A stretch of 64,000 nucleotides of DNA from assembly GCA_035688075.1 (NCBI GenBank), contig DASSNL010000104.1, forward strand, positions 6,924 through 70,923, written 5' to 3'. This DNA comes from Gemmatimonadaceae bacterium. Its GTDB lineage: Bacteria; Gemmatimonadota; Gemmatimonadetes; Gemmatimonadales; Gemmatimonadaceae. This document shows positions 19,588 to 29,197 of this stretch, in pieces. A program made the position numbers and the translations under genes. A model generated the notes under the pieces. It was not told where the DNA came from. It did not search any database and saw only the letters and a list, made by a program, of their open reading frames with translations. Each line of letters opens with the position of its first letter. Positions within the stretch are counted from its first letter, which is position 1.

Positions 19588-22500
19588 GCACCACCGACAT
19601 CCCGCCGCGGCTCGACGAACAGCCGGAATACATGGCGGCGCCCGCGGAGCGCCGCCCGTCGCTGATCAATCGCATCGTAGCGACATCCATCACGCAGCGA
19701 TTTCTCGTTGTGCTTCTGGCCATCATGCTGGTAGCCGCGGGAATCTGGAGCTTCACGAGACTTCCCGTGGACGCGTACCCCGATCTCTCGCCGCCGATCG
19801 TGGAGGTGATCACGCAATGGCCGGGTCACGCATCCGAGGAAGTCGAACGGCTCATCACCGTGCCGGTAGAGGTCGAGATGAACGGCCTCCCGAACCTGCA
19901 CGTGGTGCGATCGGTGTCGCTCTACGGCCTGTCTGATGTGAGCCTCACCTTCGACGACGGCACGGACCTCTACTTTGCGCGCCAGCAGGTCTTCGAGCGG
20001 CTCCCCGACGTGGAGGTACCGGATGGCGTCTCGCCGTCGGTGGGCCCGCTCTCATCGCCCTCCGGTCTGGTCTATCGCTACGTTCTGCAGAGCCCCGACC
20101 GGTCGCCGATGGAGCTCAAGAACATCAACGACTGGGTCATCACCAAAGCGTACAAGTCGGTACCCGGAGTGGCCGAGGACTCTCCGCTCGGGGGAGAGAC
20201 GATGCAGTACCAGGTACTCCTCGATCCCACGCGGCTCGCCGGCTCGGGGCTGACGGTGGCCGACGTCGGGAACGCGCTCGGCGCCAACAATGGCAACGCC
20301 GGCGGCGGCTTCTATTCCGAGGGCGGCCAGTTCTACTACGTGCGCGGGCTGGGGCGCGTGCACGACGTGGAAGACATCGGCAACATCGTGGTCGCGGTAC
20401 ACGACGGTACTCCAATCCTGGTGAAGGATGTCGGACAGGTAGTTATCGGCCACGCACCCCGGCTCGGACAGTTCGGCTTCGACAGCACGAACGACGCCGT
20501 CGAGGGCGTGATCATGATGCGGACCGGCGAACAGGCTCAGACGGTGCTGCAGGGAGTGGAGGCGAAGACGCGCGCGCTGAACGACTCGGTGCTACCGAAG
20601 GACGTGAAGATCCACCCCTACTACGACCGGAGCGATCTCGTTGCGCTCACCACGCACACCGTGGAGGACAACCTCCTGCGCGGGATCGTGCTGGTGGTGG
20701 TCGTTCTGATCTTCTTCCTCTACGACTTCCGCTCCGGCATGATCGTGGCTGCCACGATCCCGCTCTCGCTTCTCTTCGCCTTCGTCGTCCTCGACATACG
20801 CGACATACCGGCGAACCTGCTATCGATAGGTGCCATCGACTTCGGCATCCTGGTGGATGGCGCGGTGGTGATGGTGGAGAACATCTATCGCCAACTCGCG
20901 CTGCGACACGGAACATCGTATCGGCTGCGCGAGGTCATCGTGCGGGCCGCCGCCGAAGTGGACCGGCCGATCTTCTACGCGGTGGCGGTGATCATCGCAG
21001 GCTTCCTCCCCATCTACGTACTCTCAGGTCCATCGGGGCGGCTATTTCGCCCGATGGCCGACACCACGATTTTCGCGCTCGTCGGATCGCTGCTCGTCAC
21101 GCTCACGCTCATCCCCGTGCTCGCGTCGTGGCTTTACAAGAGTGGGGTGAAAGAGCGGCGGAACGCGGCCTTCGAGTGGATCAAGGGAGTCTACCGCCGG
21201 GGGCTCGATGCCGTGCTGGCGCACCCCTGGGCCACGATATTCGGCTCGACAGCGGTGTTCGTAGTGTCGCTGCTGTTCATCCCGTTCATCGGTGCGGAGT
21301 TCATGCCGCACCTGGACGAGGGCGCGCTCTGGGTGCGAGCGACGATGCCGTACACCATCTCATTCGACGAGTCGTCGAAAATAGTGCCGCAGATCCGCTC
21401 CATCCTGAAGTCCTTCCCTGAGGTTACAGTAGTAGGCTCCGAGCACGGCCGCCCCGACGACGGCACCGACGCCACCGGCTTCTTCAACGCCGAGTTCTAC
21501 GTGGGACTCAAGCCTTACGACCAGTGGGAGGGGAAGATCCACGACAAGGCGCAGCTGATCGAAGCCATCAACGAGAGACTGAAGATCTTCCCCGGGATCA
21601 TCTTCAACTACACGCAGCCTGCCGAAGACGCCGTGGACGAGGCGGAGACCGGTCTCAAGAGCGCCCTCGCGGTGCAGGTGTTCGGGAGCGATCTGCACGT
21701 TCTCGAGAAGAGCGGGGTGGAGATCAAGAAGGTGCTCGAGCAGGTACCCGGGATCACCCATGTCACCGTCGTGCAGGAGCTCGGCCAGCCGGCGCTCACG
21801 ATCACCCCCGATCGCGCAAAGATCGCGCGCTACGGCGTGAACGTGGCCGACGTGAACGGTCTGATCGAAGCGGCCGTAGGCGGGGCGGCTGTCACGGAAG
21901 TAGCGCAAGGGGAGCGGCTCTACGATCTCGTGGTGCGCCTGCAGCCGCAGTTCCGCCAGACGCCAGAGCGGATCGGCGACATCCCCGTCGCCACTCCGGA
22001 CGGCCAGCAGGTGCCGCTGAAGGATCTGGCGGACATCCAGGTCTCGAGCGGGGCGTCGTTCATATACCGTCAGGACAACTCGCGTTTCATCGGAGTGCAA
22101 TTTTCGGTGGAGGGACGCGACCTGGCGGGCGCGGTGCACGACGCTCAGCGGGCTGTAGCGGCAGCGGTGCCCGTTCCCTCGGGCTACCGTGTGGAGTGGG
22201 GCGGCGAGTACAAGGAGTACACAGCGTCGCGGCAGCAGCTGCGGGTCATCCTCCCGCTCACGGTGCTGCTGATCTTTCTCCTTCTCTTCGCGTTGTACAG
22301 CAACTTCAAGTTCCCGCTGATAACGGTCATCGGTGTGGTGCTGTCGGCGCCAGTGGGCGGGCTCGTGGCACTCCTGGTGACGGGGACGCCCTTCTCGGTC
22401 AGCTCTGGGATTGGGTTCCTCGCACTCTTCGGTGTCTCGGTGCAGACGGCGGTCGTCTACATCTCGTACGCCAACGAGCTACGGCAGGGGGGAGTAAGCA

Positions 22501-22739
22501 TCATGGAGGCCACACGCGAAGCCGCGTTGCTGCGGCTGCGGCCGATCATGATGACCGCGCTCGTGGCGGCGTTCGGGCTTCTCCCCGCCGCGCTAGCGCA
22601 CGGCGTTGGCTCGGACTCGCAGCGCCCCTTCGCGCTGGTGATCGTGGGCGGGATGTTCTCGCGACTCCTCATCAGTGTCTTCCTCATGCCTGCGCTCTAC
22701 GCCGTGGTAGCACGCCCGGGCGACCGGCTGGAGGTGTGA
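19584..22739 (+). CDS. czcA: CusA/CzcA family heavy-metal efflux RND transporter
   Basis: 1051 aa, 12-TM RND architecture, CzcA-type N-terminus (LINRIVATSITQRFLVVLLAIMLVAAGIWSF..LPVDAYPDLSPP). Confidence 0.93.
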   Translation: MSTTDIPPRLDEQPEYMAAPAERRPSLINRIVATSITQRFLVVLLAIMLVAAGIWSFTRLPVDAYPDLSPPIVEVITQWPGHASEEVERLITVPVEVEMNGLPNLHVVRSVSLYGLSDVSLTFDDGTDLYFARQQVFERLPDVEVPDGVSPSVGPLSSPSGLVYRYVLQSPDRSPMELKNINDWVITKAYKSVPGVAEDSPLGGETMQYQVLLDPTRLAGSGLTVADVGNALGANNGNAGGGFYSEGGQFYYVRGLGRVHDVEDIGNIVVAVHDGTPILVKDVGQVVIGHAPRLGQFGFDSTNDAVEGVIMMRTGEQAQTVLQGVEAKTRALNDSVLPKDVKIHPYYDRSDLVALTTHTVEDNLLRGIVLVVVVLIFFLYDFRSGMIVAATIPLSLLFAFVVLDIRDIPANLLSIGAIDFGILVDGAVVMVENIYRQLALRHGTSYRLREVIVRAAAEVDRPIFYAVAVIIAGFLPIYVLSGPSGRLFRPMADTTIFALVGSLLVTLTLIPVLASWLYKSGVKERRNAAFEWIKGVYRRGLDAVLAHPWATIFGSTAVFVVSLLFIPFIGAEFMPHLDEGALWVRATMPYTISFDESSKIVPQIRSILKSFPEVTVVGSEHGRPDDGTDATGFFNAEFYVGLKPYDQWEGKIHDKAQLIEAINERLKIFPGIIFNYTQPAEDAVDEAETGLKSALAVQVFGSDLHVLEKSGVEIKKVLEQVPGITHVTVVQELGQPALTITPDRAKIARYGVNVADVNGLIEAAVGGAAVTEVAQGERLYDLVVRLQPQFRQTPERIGDIPVATPDGQQVPLKDLADIQVSSGASFIYRQDNSRFIGVQFSVEGRDLAGAVHDAQRAVAAAVPVPSGYRVEWGGEYKEYTASRQQLRVILPLTVLLIFLLLFALYSNFKFPLITVIGVVLSAPVGGLVALLVTGTPFSVSSGIGFLALFGVSVQTAVVYISYANELRQGGVSIMEATREAALLRLRPIMMTALVAAFGLLPAALAHGVGSDSQRPFALVIVGGMFSRLLISVFLMPALYAVVARPGDRLEV

Positions 22740-22782
22740 TTCGTGCGAGCGTGCTGACGCGGCTATCTTGAACGTTCAATCC

Positions 22783-22807
22783 GGCGCGGCCCGACTCCTG
22801 CCGCGCC
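22783..22807 (+). terminator. GC hairpin after czcA (possible terminator, no U-tract)
   Basis: GGCGCGGC (22783-22790) / GCCGCGCC (22800-22807) form an 8-bp stem with a 9-nt loop. Confidence 0.25.
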
Positions 22808-22835
22808 GCCTCACGCTCGTACCGAGGAGCCCGTC

Positions 22836-23747
22836 ATGCCCGCTACGCCGTTCAACGTCGGACTGATCCAGCAAGCCGTCAGCGAGAACGCGGATGCAAC
22901 CGTGGATGCCGCGGAGCGCGGCATCCGCGAGGCCGCCGGCCGCGGCGCGCAGATCATCTGCCTGCAGGAGCTCTTCAACGCTCCCTACTTCTGCAAGGTG
23001 ACCGACGCCGAGCGCTTCGACCTCGCGGAAGCGATCCCCGGTCCCACGGTGGAGCGGATGCAGCGCCTGGCGGCGGAGCTGGCGGTGGTGATCATCGTGC
23101 CGATCTTCGAGCGGCGCGGGGCCGGACTCTATCACAATTCGGCCGCCGTGGTGGACGCCGATGGATCGATACTCGGCACCTACCGCAAGATGCACATCCC
23201 CGACGATCCGCTCTATCACGAGAAGTACTACTTCACGCCGGGTGAGATCTACCAGCACGACGAGTCGAAACCGCCCTCCGGCTTCCGCGTCTTCCGCACG
23301 CGCTACGCGACCATCGGCGTGTTGATCTGCTGGGACCAGTGGTACCCCGAGGCCGCGCGCATCACGGCCCTCATGGGCGCCGAGATACTGTTTTATCCCA
23401 CCGCCATCGGGTGGCACCCGAAGGAGAAGGAAGAGTGGGGCGCGGCGCAGGCAGATGCGTGGCGCACCGCGCAGCGCGCGCACGCGATAGCGAACGGCGT
23501 TTACGTCGCGGCGGTGAATCGCGTGGGCTTCGAGCCGGAGCCGGGGACAGACGGCATAGAGTTCTTCGGCCATTCGTTCATCGCCGATCCATTCGGTCGA
23601 ATCATCGCTGAAGCGCGATCCGAGCCGGCCATTCTCACTGCCAGCTGCGACCCAGGGCTCATCGAGTACACGCGCCGCAACTGGCCCTTCTTCCGCGACC
23701 GACGGATCGATGCGTACGCGCCGATCCTGAACCGCTACATCGGGTGA
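22836..23747 (+). CDS. aguB: N-carbamoylputrescine amidase (carbon-nitrogen hydrolase)
   Basis: Nitrilase-superfamily Glu-Lys-Cys triad with Cys in the ICWDQWYPEAAR motif typical of this enzyme. Coupled to the agmatine deiminase gene (GTGA overlap). Confidence 0.88.
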   Translation: MPATPFNVGLIQQAVSENADATVDAAERGIREAAGRGAQIICLQELFNAPYFCKVTDAERFDLAEAIPGPTVERMQRLAAELAVVIIVPIFERRGAGLYHNSAAVVDADGSILGTYRKMHIPDDPLYHEKYYFTPGEIYQHDESKPPSGFRVFRTRYATIGVLICWDQWYPEAARITALMGAEILFYPTAIGWHPKEKEEWGAAQADAWRTAQRAHAIANGVYVAAVNRVGFEPEPGTDGIEFFGHSFIADPFGRIIAEARSEPAILTASCDPGLIEYTRRNWPFFRDRRIDAYAPILNRYIG

Positions 23748-24910
23748 GCATCGATCTTTCGGCATCGAAGCGTCGGATGCCGGCCGAGTGGGAACCGCAC
23801 GCGGCGACGTGGATCGGCTGGCCACACCACGCGCCCGACTGGCCGGGAAAGTTCGAGCCGATCCCGTGGGTGTACGCCGAGATCGTGCGCGCACTGCACC
23901 GGCACGAGCGCGTCGAGATCCTGTGCCACAGCGAGGAGGTGGGTGAGGAGGCGTTGCGGCTGCTGCGCTCCCACGCCGTGGATCTCTCGCGCGTCGGACT
24001 GCACCACGTCGCGACCGACCGTGTCTGGCTGCGCGACTCCGGCCCCACGGCCGTGGTGTCGCCCGAAGGTCGCGTGCACTGGGTGCAATGGCGCTTCAAC
24101 GGATGGGCCAAGTACCCCAACCACGCACGCGACCAGCTCGTGCCAGCTCGGGTAGCCGAGATCAGCGGCCTCCCGCTGGAAGAAGCCGTGCGTCCCGACG
24201 ACGCGGCACCGCTAGTTCTCGAGGGAGGCGGCATCGAGACTGACGGCGCAGGCACGCTCATGGTGACGGAGGAGTGGCTCCTCTCCGACGTCCAGGTTCG
24301 CAATCCCGGCCTCGACCGCGCCGGCTACGAACGCGCCTTCGCGCGCTACCTCGGCGTGGACCGCACGATCTGGCTCGGCGAAGGTTGCGTGGGCGACGAC
24401 ACGCACGGCCACATTGACGACATCGCCCGCTTCACCGACTCTCACACGGTGGTGCTCGCCTACGAGGAGGACCCCGCCGACGACAACCATGCCCGCTCCG
24501 CCGACAACCTGCATCGCCTGGAGCTCGCCGCGCGCACCTTCCCCGGCGGCCTCCGGGTGGTGAAGCTCCCCTTCCCTCGCCCCGTGATCATGGACGGCGA
24601 GCGCCTCCCCGCCAGCTACGCCAACTTCTACATAGCCAACGGCGTGGTAATCGTCCCCACCTTCAACGACCCGAAGGACCGCGTCGCCCTCTCCACCCTC
24701 GCCGACCTCTTCCCCGACCACGAAGTCACCGGCATCCACGCCGTAGACCTCGTCTGGGGATTGGGTACGCTGCACTGCCTGTCACAGCAGGAACCCGCGG
24801 GGAGAAAGCAGAGAGCAGAAAGCAGTGAGGGCCGTGAGGGTTCAGGGTTCAGGGTTCAGGGTTCAGGAACTGCCCGAAGGTCGGGCTCTCGACTCCGAGG
24901 TAGTCACTGA
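23744..24910 (+). CDS. aguA: Agmatine deiminase; C-terminal ~37 aa and the stop are encoded by repeat E6
   Basis: N-terminal MPAEWEPHAATWIGWPH and C-terminal catalytic GTLHCLSQQ motifs. The reading frame continues into the heptad repeats (..RKQRAESSEGREGSGFRVQGSG..). Confidence 0.88.
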   Translation: MSIDLSASKRRMPAEWEPHAATWIGWPHHAPDWPGKFEPIPWVYAEIVRALHRHERVEILCHSEEVGEEALRLLRSHAVDLSRVGLHHVATDRVWLRDSGPTAVVSPEGRVHWVQWRFNGWAKYPNHARDQLVPARVAEISGLPLEEAVRPDDAAPLVLEGGGIETDGAGTLMVTEEWLLSDVQVRNPGLDRAGYERAFARYLGVDRTIWLGEGCVGDDTHGHIDDIARFTDSHTVVLAYEEDPADDNHARSADNLHRLELAARTFPGGLRVVKLPFPRPVIMDGERLPASYANFYIANGVVIVPTFNDPKDRVALSTLADLFPDHEVTGIHAVDLVWGLGTLHCLSQQEPAGRKQRAESSEGREGSGFRVQGSGTARRSGSRLRGSH

Positions 24911-24972
24911 ACCCTGAACCCTGTAGTTCTGAACCCTGATAGTTCCCTGCTCTCTGCTCTCTGCTTTCTCCC
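24799..24972. repeat. Composite palindromic element, copy E6 (GGGTTCA-type nested inside GAAAGCA/GAGAGCA arms)
   Basis: Outer arm GAAAGCA GAGAGCA GAAAGCA, inner arm GGGTTCA x4, core TGCCCGAAGGTCGGGCTCTCGACTCCGAGGTAGTCAC, inner arm TGAACCC TGAACCC TGTAGTTC TGAACCC, outer arm TGCTCTC TGCTCTC TGCTTTC. Confidence 0.9.
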
Positions 24973-25033
24973 ATTCTTTCTCCCCCACCTCCCCAATTCT
25001 TGCACATCCTCTCCCTCGATACTCGGGCAGGAT

Positions 25034-26383
25034 GTGGCAGATATGGCATTCGGGAAACAGAGGAGAGCGGATCAGGACGACGTGTTGGCGGCGGCGATAG
25101 GGGAGAGTGCGAGTGCGCTGCGCTCGGGGGCGGATCTCGATCCGCTGCTCGATCAGATTGGCGACTCGAGGTACGTGCTCATCGGTGAGGCGTCACACGG
25201 GACATCCGACTTCTACCGCTGGCGAGCGGAGCTGTCGAAGCGGCTGATAGCGGAGCGCGGCTTCTCGTTCGTGGCGGTGGAGGGCGACTGGCCCGACTGC
25301 TACCGCGTCAACCGCTTCGTGAAGGGCTACCCCGATTCGGGGAGCAACGCGTACGAGGTGCTGCACGCCTTCGACCGGTGGCCCACCTGGATGTGGGCAA
25401 ATCGTGAGGTGGTGGACTTCACCACCTGGCTCAGGGAGCACAACGAGCCGCGCCCGTCGGAGGCGCAGGCGGGCTTCTACGGACTCGACGTTTACTCGCT
25501 GTACGAGTCGATGACCGAGGTGGTGCGCTATCTCGAAGGGATCGATCCCGAGGCGGCGAGCGGCGCGAAGCGCGCCTACTCGTGCTTCGAACCGTACTAC
25601 GGTGACGTCCAGGAGTACGCACGCGCCACCGCGCTCGTCCCCACCTCGTGCGAGGACGAAGCGGTGTCCATCCTCTCGGCACTCAGGCGCAAGGCGCCCG
25701 AGTACGCTGCCGATGATCGCGAGGCGTACTTCAACGCCGAGCAGAACGCGCTCGTGGCGCAGGGTGCGGAGCTCTATTACCGCACGATGGTGCGCGGTGG
25801 CCCTGGGAGCTGGAACGTGCGCGACTACCACATGGTGGACACGCTCGAGCGCCTGATGACCTTCCACGGCCCACTCGCCAAGGCCATCGTGTGGGAGCAC
25901 AACACCCACGTGGGCGACGCGCGCTTCACCGACATGGCGCGCGCGGGGATGGTGAACGTGGGCCAGCTGGTGCGCCAGCGCCATGGGAACGAGGGCGTGG
26001 TGCTCGTCGGATTCGGCAGCTACCACGGCACCGTGATCGCCGCCGAGGAGTGGGGACTCCCCATGCAGCGGATGCGCGTCCCCAACGCGCGCGACGACAG
26101 CTACGAGGGAGTGATGCACCGATCCGGCGTTCCGCGTTTCCTCCTCGTCTTCGACGGCTCCGACGACGGCGGCATCATCGGTCTCGACATGGTGCGCGGA
26201 CACCGCGCGATCGGCGTCGTCTATAACCCCGCGCACGAGCGCTGGGGCAACTACGTCCCCACGCTCCTCCCGCGCCGCTACGACTCCTTCATCTTCCTCG
26301 ACCACACCGACGCCCTCGACCCGCTCCACATGCCCGTCCACGTCACCGGCGAGCCGCCCGAGACGTATCCGTCGGGGGAGTAG
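25034..26383 (+). CDS. Erythromycin esterase family protein
   Basis: Family motifs are present (RYVLIGEASHGTSDFYRWRAELSKRLI, FVAVEGDWPD, WEHNTHVGDAR). Confidence 0.8.
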   Translation: MADMAFGKQRRADQDDVLAAAIGESASALRSGADLDPLLDQIGDSRYVLIGEASHGTSDFYRWRAELSKRLIAERGFSFVAVEGDWPDCYRVNRFVKGYPDSGSNAYEVLHAFDRWPTWMWANREVVDFTTWLREHNEPRPSEAQAGFYGLDVYSLYESMTEVVRYLEGIDPEAASGAKRAYSCFEPYYGDVQEYARATALVPTSCEDEAVSILSALRRKAPEYAADDREAYFNAEQNALVAQGAELYYRTMVRGGPGSWNVRDYHMVDTLERLMTFHGPLAKAIVWEHNTHVGDARFTDMARAGMVNVGQLVRQRHGNEGVVLVGFGSYHGTVIAAEEWGLPMQRMRVPNARDDSYEGVMHRSGVPRFLLVFDGSDDGGIIGLDMVRGHRAIGVVYNPAHERWGNYVPTLLPRRYDSFIFLDHTDALDPLHMPVHVTGEPPETYPSGE

Positions 26384-26589
26384 GGGGAAGAAAAAGGCAG
26401 AGAGCAGAGAGCAGAAAGCAGTGAAAACCTCCGGGGCCGACGGGGTCAGGTCTTCAATTTCGAGCCGTACGGGCACTGGCCCGTACGGCTCGAAATTGAA
26501 GACCTGACCCCGTCGGCCTGTTCGAGATCTCGGCTATGGAGGGTTTTCACTGCTTTCTGCTTTCTGCTCTCTGCTCTCTGCTTTCTCTC
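26384..26589. repeat. Heptad-armed palindromic element, copy E7, carrying a perfect 40-bp inverted repeat in its centre
   Basis: Arms GAGAGCA x2 GAAAGCA GTGAAAAC / GTTTTCAC TGCTTTC x2 TGCTCTC x2. Inner arms 26435-26474 and 26479-26518 are exact reverse complements with a 4-nt loop (ACTG). Confidence 0.92.
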
Positions 26590-27168
26590 TCAGATTCTCA
26601 CAAACGCCCCCACCCTCACCGTCGTCCTTCCAACATCCGGGACCTCCATGCGGCGGAGCTCGAGGTAACCGGACCAGGTACGGTCGGAGGTGAGGTCTAT
26701 GGCGGTACCGCCGAAGAACTGGGCGCCGAGTTTCGTGCCGCTGTAGCGGTCGCGGAGCGCATCGCCGCCGGCGATGTCGTTGCCGAGGAAGTGGACGCCG
26801 ACGCCGGCACCAACGAAGGGCTCGAGGCGACGCCAACGGAAGAGGGCGAGGCGCAGGTCGGCGGTGAGCGAGAAGTCGTGGAAGGAGCTCTCCAGCTCCG
26901 AGCCGATGCTGCCAGGTCGGTCGGCCTCGGCGTGCAGATAGTTCGCGCCGACCACAACGTGCGCCGCGGGAACGAGCACCGATCCGATATCCAGCTCGGC
27001 GCCGAGGTCCCAACCGCCGTGCGCATCGTCGACCCAGGTGTAGCTCAGGTACGAGCCGATCCTGTCGATCCCGAGATGCGCTTTCTCACTGCTGTCGGCA
27101 CTGGACTGCGACCACGACGCCGGCGCGAACAGCAGCATCGCTGCCGCGACAGCCCATGTTGCCCTCAC
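26590..27168 (-). CDS. Small outer membrane beta-barrel protein (OmpW/OmpA-like barrel fold)
   Basis: Signal peptide MRATWAVAAAMLLFAPASWSQ and an alternating amphipathic strand pattern, 192 aa. Lies 4 nt downstream of recQ on the same strand. Confidence 0.6.
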   Translation of the reverse strand: MRATWAVAAAMLLFAPASWSQSSADSSEKAHLGIDRIGSYLSYTWVDDAHGGWDLGAELDIGSVLVPAAHVVVGANYLHAEADRPGSIGSELESSFHDFSLTADLRLALFRWRRLEPFVGAGVGVHFLGNDIAGGDALRDRYSGTKLGAQFFGGTAIDLTSDRTWSGYLELRRMEVPDVGRTTVRVGAFVRI

Positions 27169-27172
27169 TCGA

Positions 27173-28636
27173 TCATCCCCTCCCGTTCACGCAGCTGTCA
27201 CACTGCTGGCAGCGCCAGTCAGCATCGAGCTGCGCTCCGAAGTACTCGAGAATGTAACGCGTCCTGCAACGAAGGGTCTGGCAGTACTCGACGATCGCAT
27301 CGAGCTTTCTGCGATCGCGCTCGCGCCTCTCCTCGTACGAGTGCAGATCTTCGCTGAGATCCACTTTCGTGAGATCGTCCGCGAGGCGCTCCCAGCTCCC
27401 GCCACGGTACTCGCGCACCAGCCCATGCCGCTTCAGGAGGATGAGCGTGATGCGCGTCTTTCGCAACGATACATCGGATCGCTCCGAGAGCTCGGCCACC
27501 GGCACCTTCGTGTTTCTCGGATAGCGCTCGAGAACCAGCGCCACTCGCGCCGCCTCCTGGACCTCGGGATACTTCCCGCCGAGGAAGTAACTCTGGATGC
27601 GGCGGTCCTCCACACGGTACAACATCGTGCACACGGCGGGAAGCCCATCGCGCCCCGCCCTTCCCGCCTCCTGATAGTAGGCCTCGATCGACCCCGGGAA
27701 GTTGTAGTGCACCACGAAGCGGATATCCGCCTTGTCGATGCCGAGCCCGAAGGCGTTGGTGGCGACCATCGCCTTGAGCTCGCCGGCCATGAAGGCATCC
27801 TGCGATTCCTTCCGCTGCGCCGCCGGCATCTTGCCGTGGTAGAGCGCCACCGCGAAGTCGCCTCGCAGGCGCCCGTGCAGGCGCTCGGCCTCCTTCACGG
27901 TCGCCGTGTACACGATACCGCTTCCCTCACTCTCGGTGAGATGCCTTCTCACCTCCGCGTCTTTCGCCTCGGCGTTGACCGTGCGGCGGACCTCGAAGCG
28001 GAGGTTGGGGCGCTCGAAACCGGTGATCGTGACGCGCGGATCGCGCATACCTAGCTGTCTGATGATGTCGGCGCGCACCTCCTCGGTGGCCGTGGCGGTG
28101 AGCGCCATGATCGGCGGCCGACCGAGCCGCTTCGCGACAGAGCCCAGCACGAGGTAGTCGGGGCGGAAATCGTGTCCCCACTGGCTCACGCAATGCGCCT
28201 CGTCCACCACGAACAGCGAGACCGAGCGCGTGAGCAGGAGCTCGAAGAACTCCCGGTCCTTGAACCGCTCCGGCGTGAGATAGAGGATCTCGCCCTTTCC
28301 TTCACCAACCAGCTCCTGCATGCAACGCGACTCCGCACTCGAGAGGTGCGAGTGCATGGCGAGCGCCTCGACTCCCTGCGCGCTGAGCTTGTCCTGCTGA
28401 TCTTTCATGAGCGCGATGAGCGGCGTCACGACCACCGTGAGCCCCGGCAGCATCAGCGCCGGAAGCTGGTAGATGAGCGACTTGCCGCTCCCGGTCGGCA
28501 TGACGATGAGCGTGTCTTCCCCGCCGAGGGGCGCGCGCATCGATTCCCATTGGCCTTCCTGGAAGTCCTCGTGACCGAAACGGTCGTTGAGAACCGCCAT
28601 GGCCTGTGCCCTGGTGGTGTCACTGCTACCCTGCAT
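27173..28636 (-). CDS. recQ: RecQ family ATP-dependent DNA helicase (short form, no HRDC)
   Basis: Motif I MPTGSGKS, motif II VVDEAHCVSQWGHDFRPDY, helicase C domain, RecQ Zn-binding region, and a terminal Cys cluster (CRTRYILEYF..WRCQQCDSC). Confidence 0.88.
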   Translation of the reverse strand: MQGSSDTTRAQAMAVLNDRFGHEDFQEGQWESMRAPLGGEDTLIVMPTGSGKSLIYQLPALMLPGLTVVVTPLIALMKDQQDKLSAQGVEALAMHSHLSSAESRCMQELVGEGKGEILYLTPERFKDREFFELLLTRSVSLFVVDEAHCVSQWGHDFRPDYLVLGSVAKRLGRPPIMALTATATEEVRADIIRQLGMRDPRVTITGFERPNLRFEVRRTVNAEAKDAEVRRHLTESEGSGIVYTATVKEAERLHGRLRGDFAVALYHGKMPAAQRKESQDAFMAGELKAMVATNAFGLGIDKADIRFVVHYNFPGSIEAYYQEAGRAGRDGLPAVCTMLYRVEDRRIQSYFLGGKYPEVQEAARVALVLERYPRNTKVPVAELSERSDVSLRKTRITLILLKRHGLVREYRGGSWERLADDLTKVDLSEDLHSYEERRERDRRKLDAIVEYCQTLRCRTRYILEYFGAQLDADWRCQQCDSCVNGRG

Positions 28637-28694
28637 ACGCGCTGCACGCTAGGCACGAAACATTCCAAGCCCCCGCATCGGCGTGGGAGAGCGG

Positions 28695-29084
28695 CTAGGT
28701 CCGCTCGCGCAACGCGAGCAACTCGCGAGCGGCGGTTATACCGAGGTAGGCGCCAATCAGAGAGACGACGACACTCAGGAGCACGTACGCGGCCGCTCGA
28801 CCTAACTGGCCTTCCTCGAGGAGTATCATCGTGTCGTACGTGAATGTCGAAAACGTCGTGTACCCCCCGCAGAAGCCTGTCGTCAGGAGCCCGCGCACCT
28901 CCGGGCTGACAGAGACGCTAGACAGCGCGTAGCTCATCAGGAATCCGAGCAGAAGCGACCCGGAAATGTTCACCACGAGCGTACCGATCGGGAACGCCGT
29001 TCCCGTCTTCTGTTGCAGGAAGCTGCTGAGGAGGAAGCGCGCGACGCCGCCGAGGGCGCTCCCGAGTGCGACGTACCAGATCAT
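28695..29084 (-). CDS. crcB: Fluoride ion channel CrcB/FluC
   Basis: ATG 29084. About 129 aa, 4 TM segments, motifs GTLVVNISGS and GFCGGYTTFSTF. A fluoride riboswitch lies about 105 nt upstream. Confidence 0.9.
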   Translation of the reverse strand: MIWYVALGSALGGVARFLLSSFLQQKTGTAFPIGTLVVNISGSLLLGFLMSYALSSVSVSPEVRGLLTTGFCGGYTTFSTFTYDTMILLEEGQLGRAAAYVLLSVVVSLIGAYLGITAARELLALRERT

Positions 29085-29160
29085 GGATGATGAGGATGGT
29101 GCGAGGGTGAACGCGGCGTGGCGGACCTGACACGTCCGAAGGTGCGCTCGTGATCGCTGG

Positions 29161-29197
29161 ACACAATAAACTCCCACGTGACGGGATCACGTAGGAG
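29161..29197 (-). terminator. Intrinsic terminator forming the expression platform of the fluoride riboswitch
   Basis: Minus strand reads CTCCTACGTGA-TCCCG-TCACGTGGGAG (11-bp stem) followed by TTTATTGTGT. The 5' arm overlaps the riboswitch pseudoknot strand ACTCCTAC. Confidence 0.7.

Noticed and set aside
28637-28694. Possible terminator between recQ and crcB.
   Set aside because: No convincing stem-loop or U-tract was seen in the 58-nt gap.
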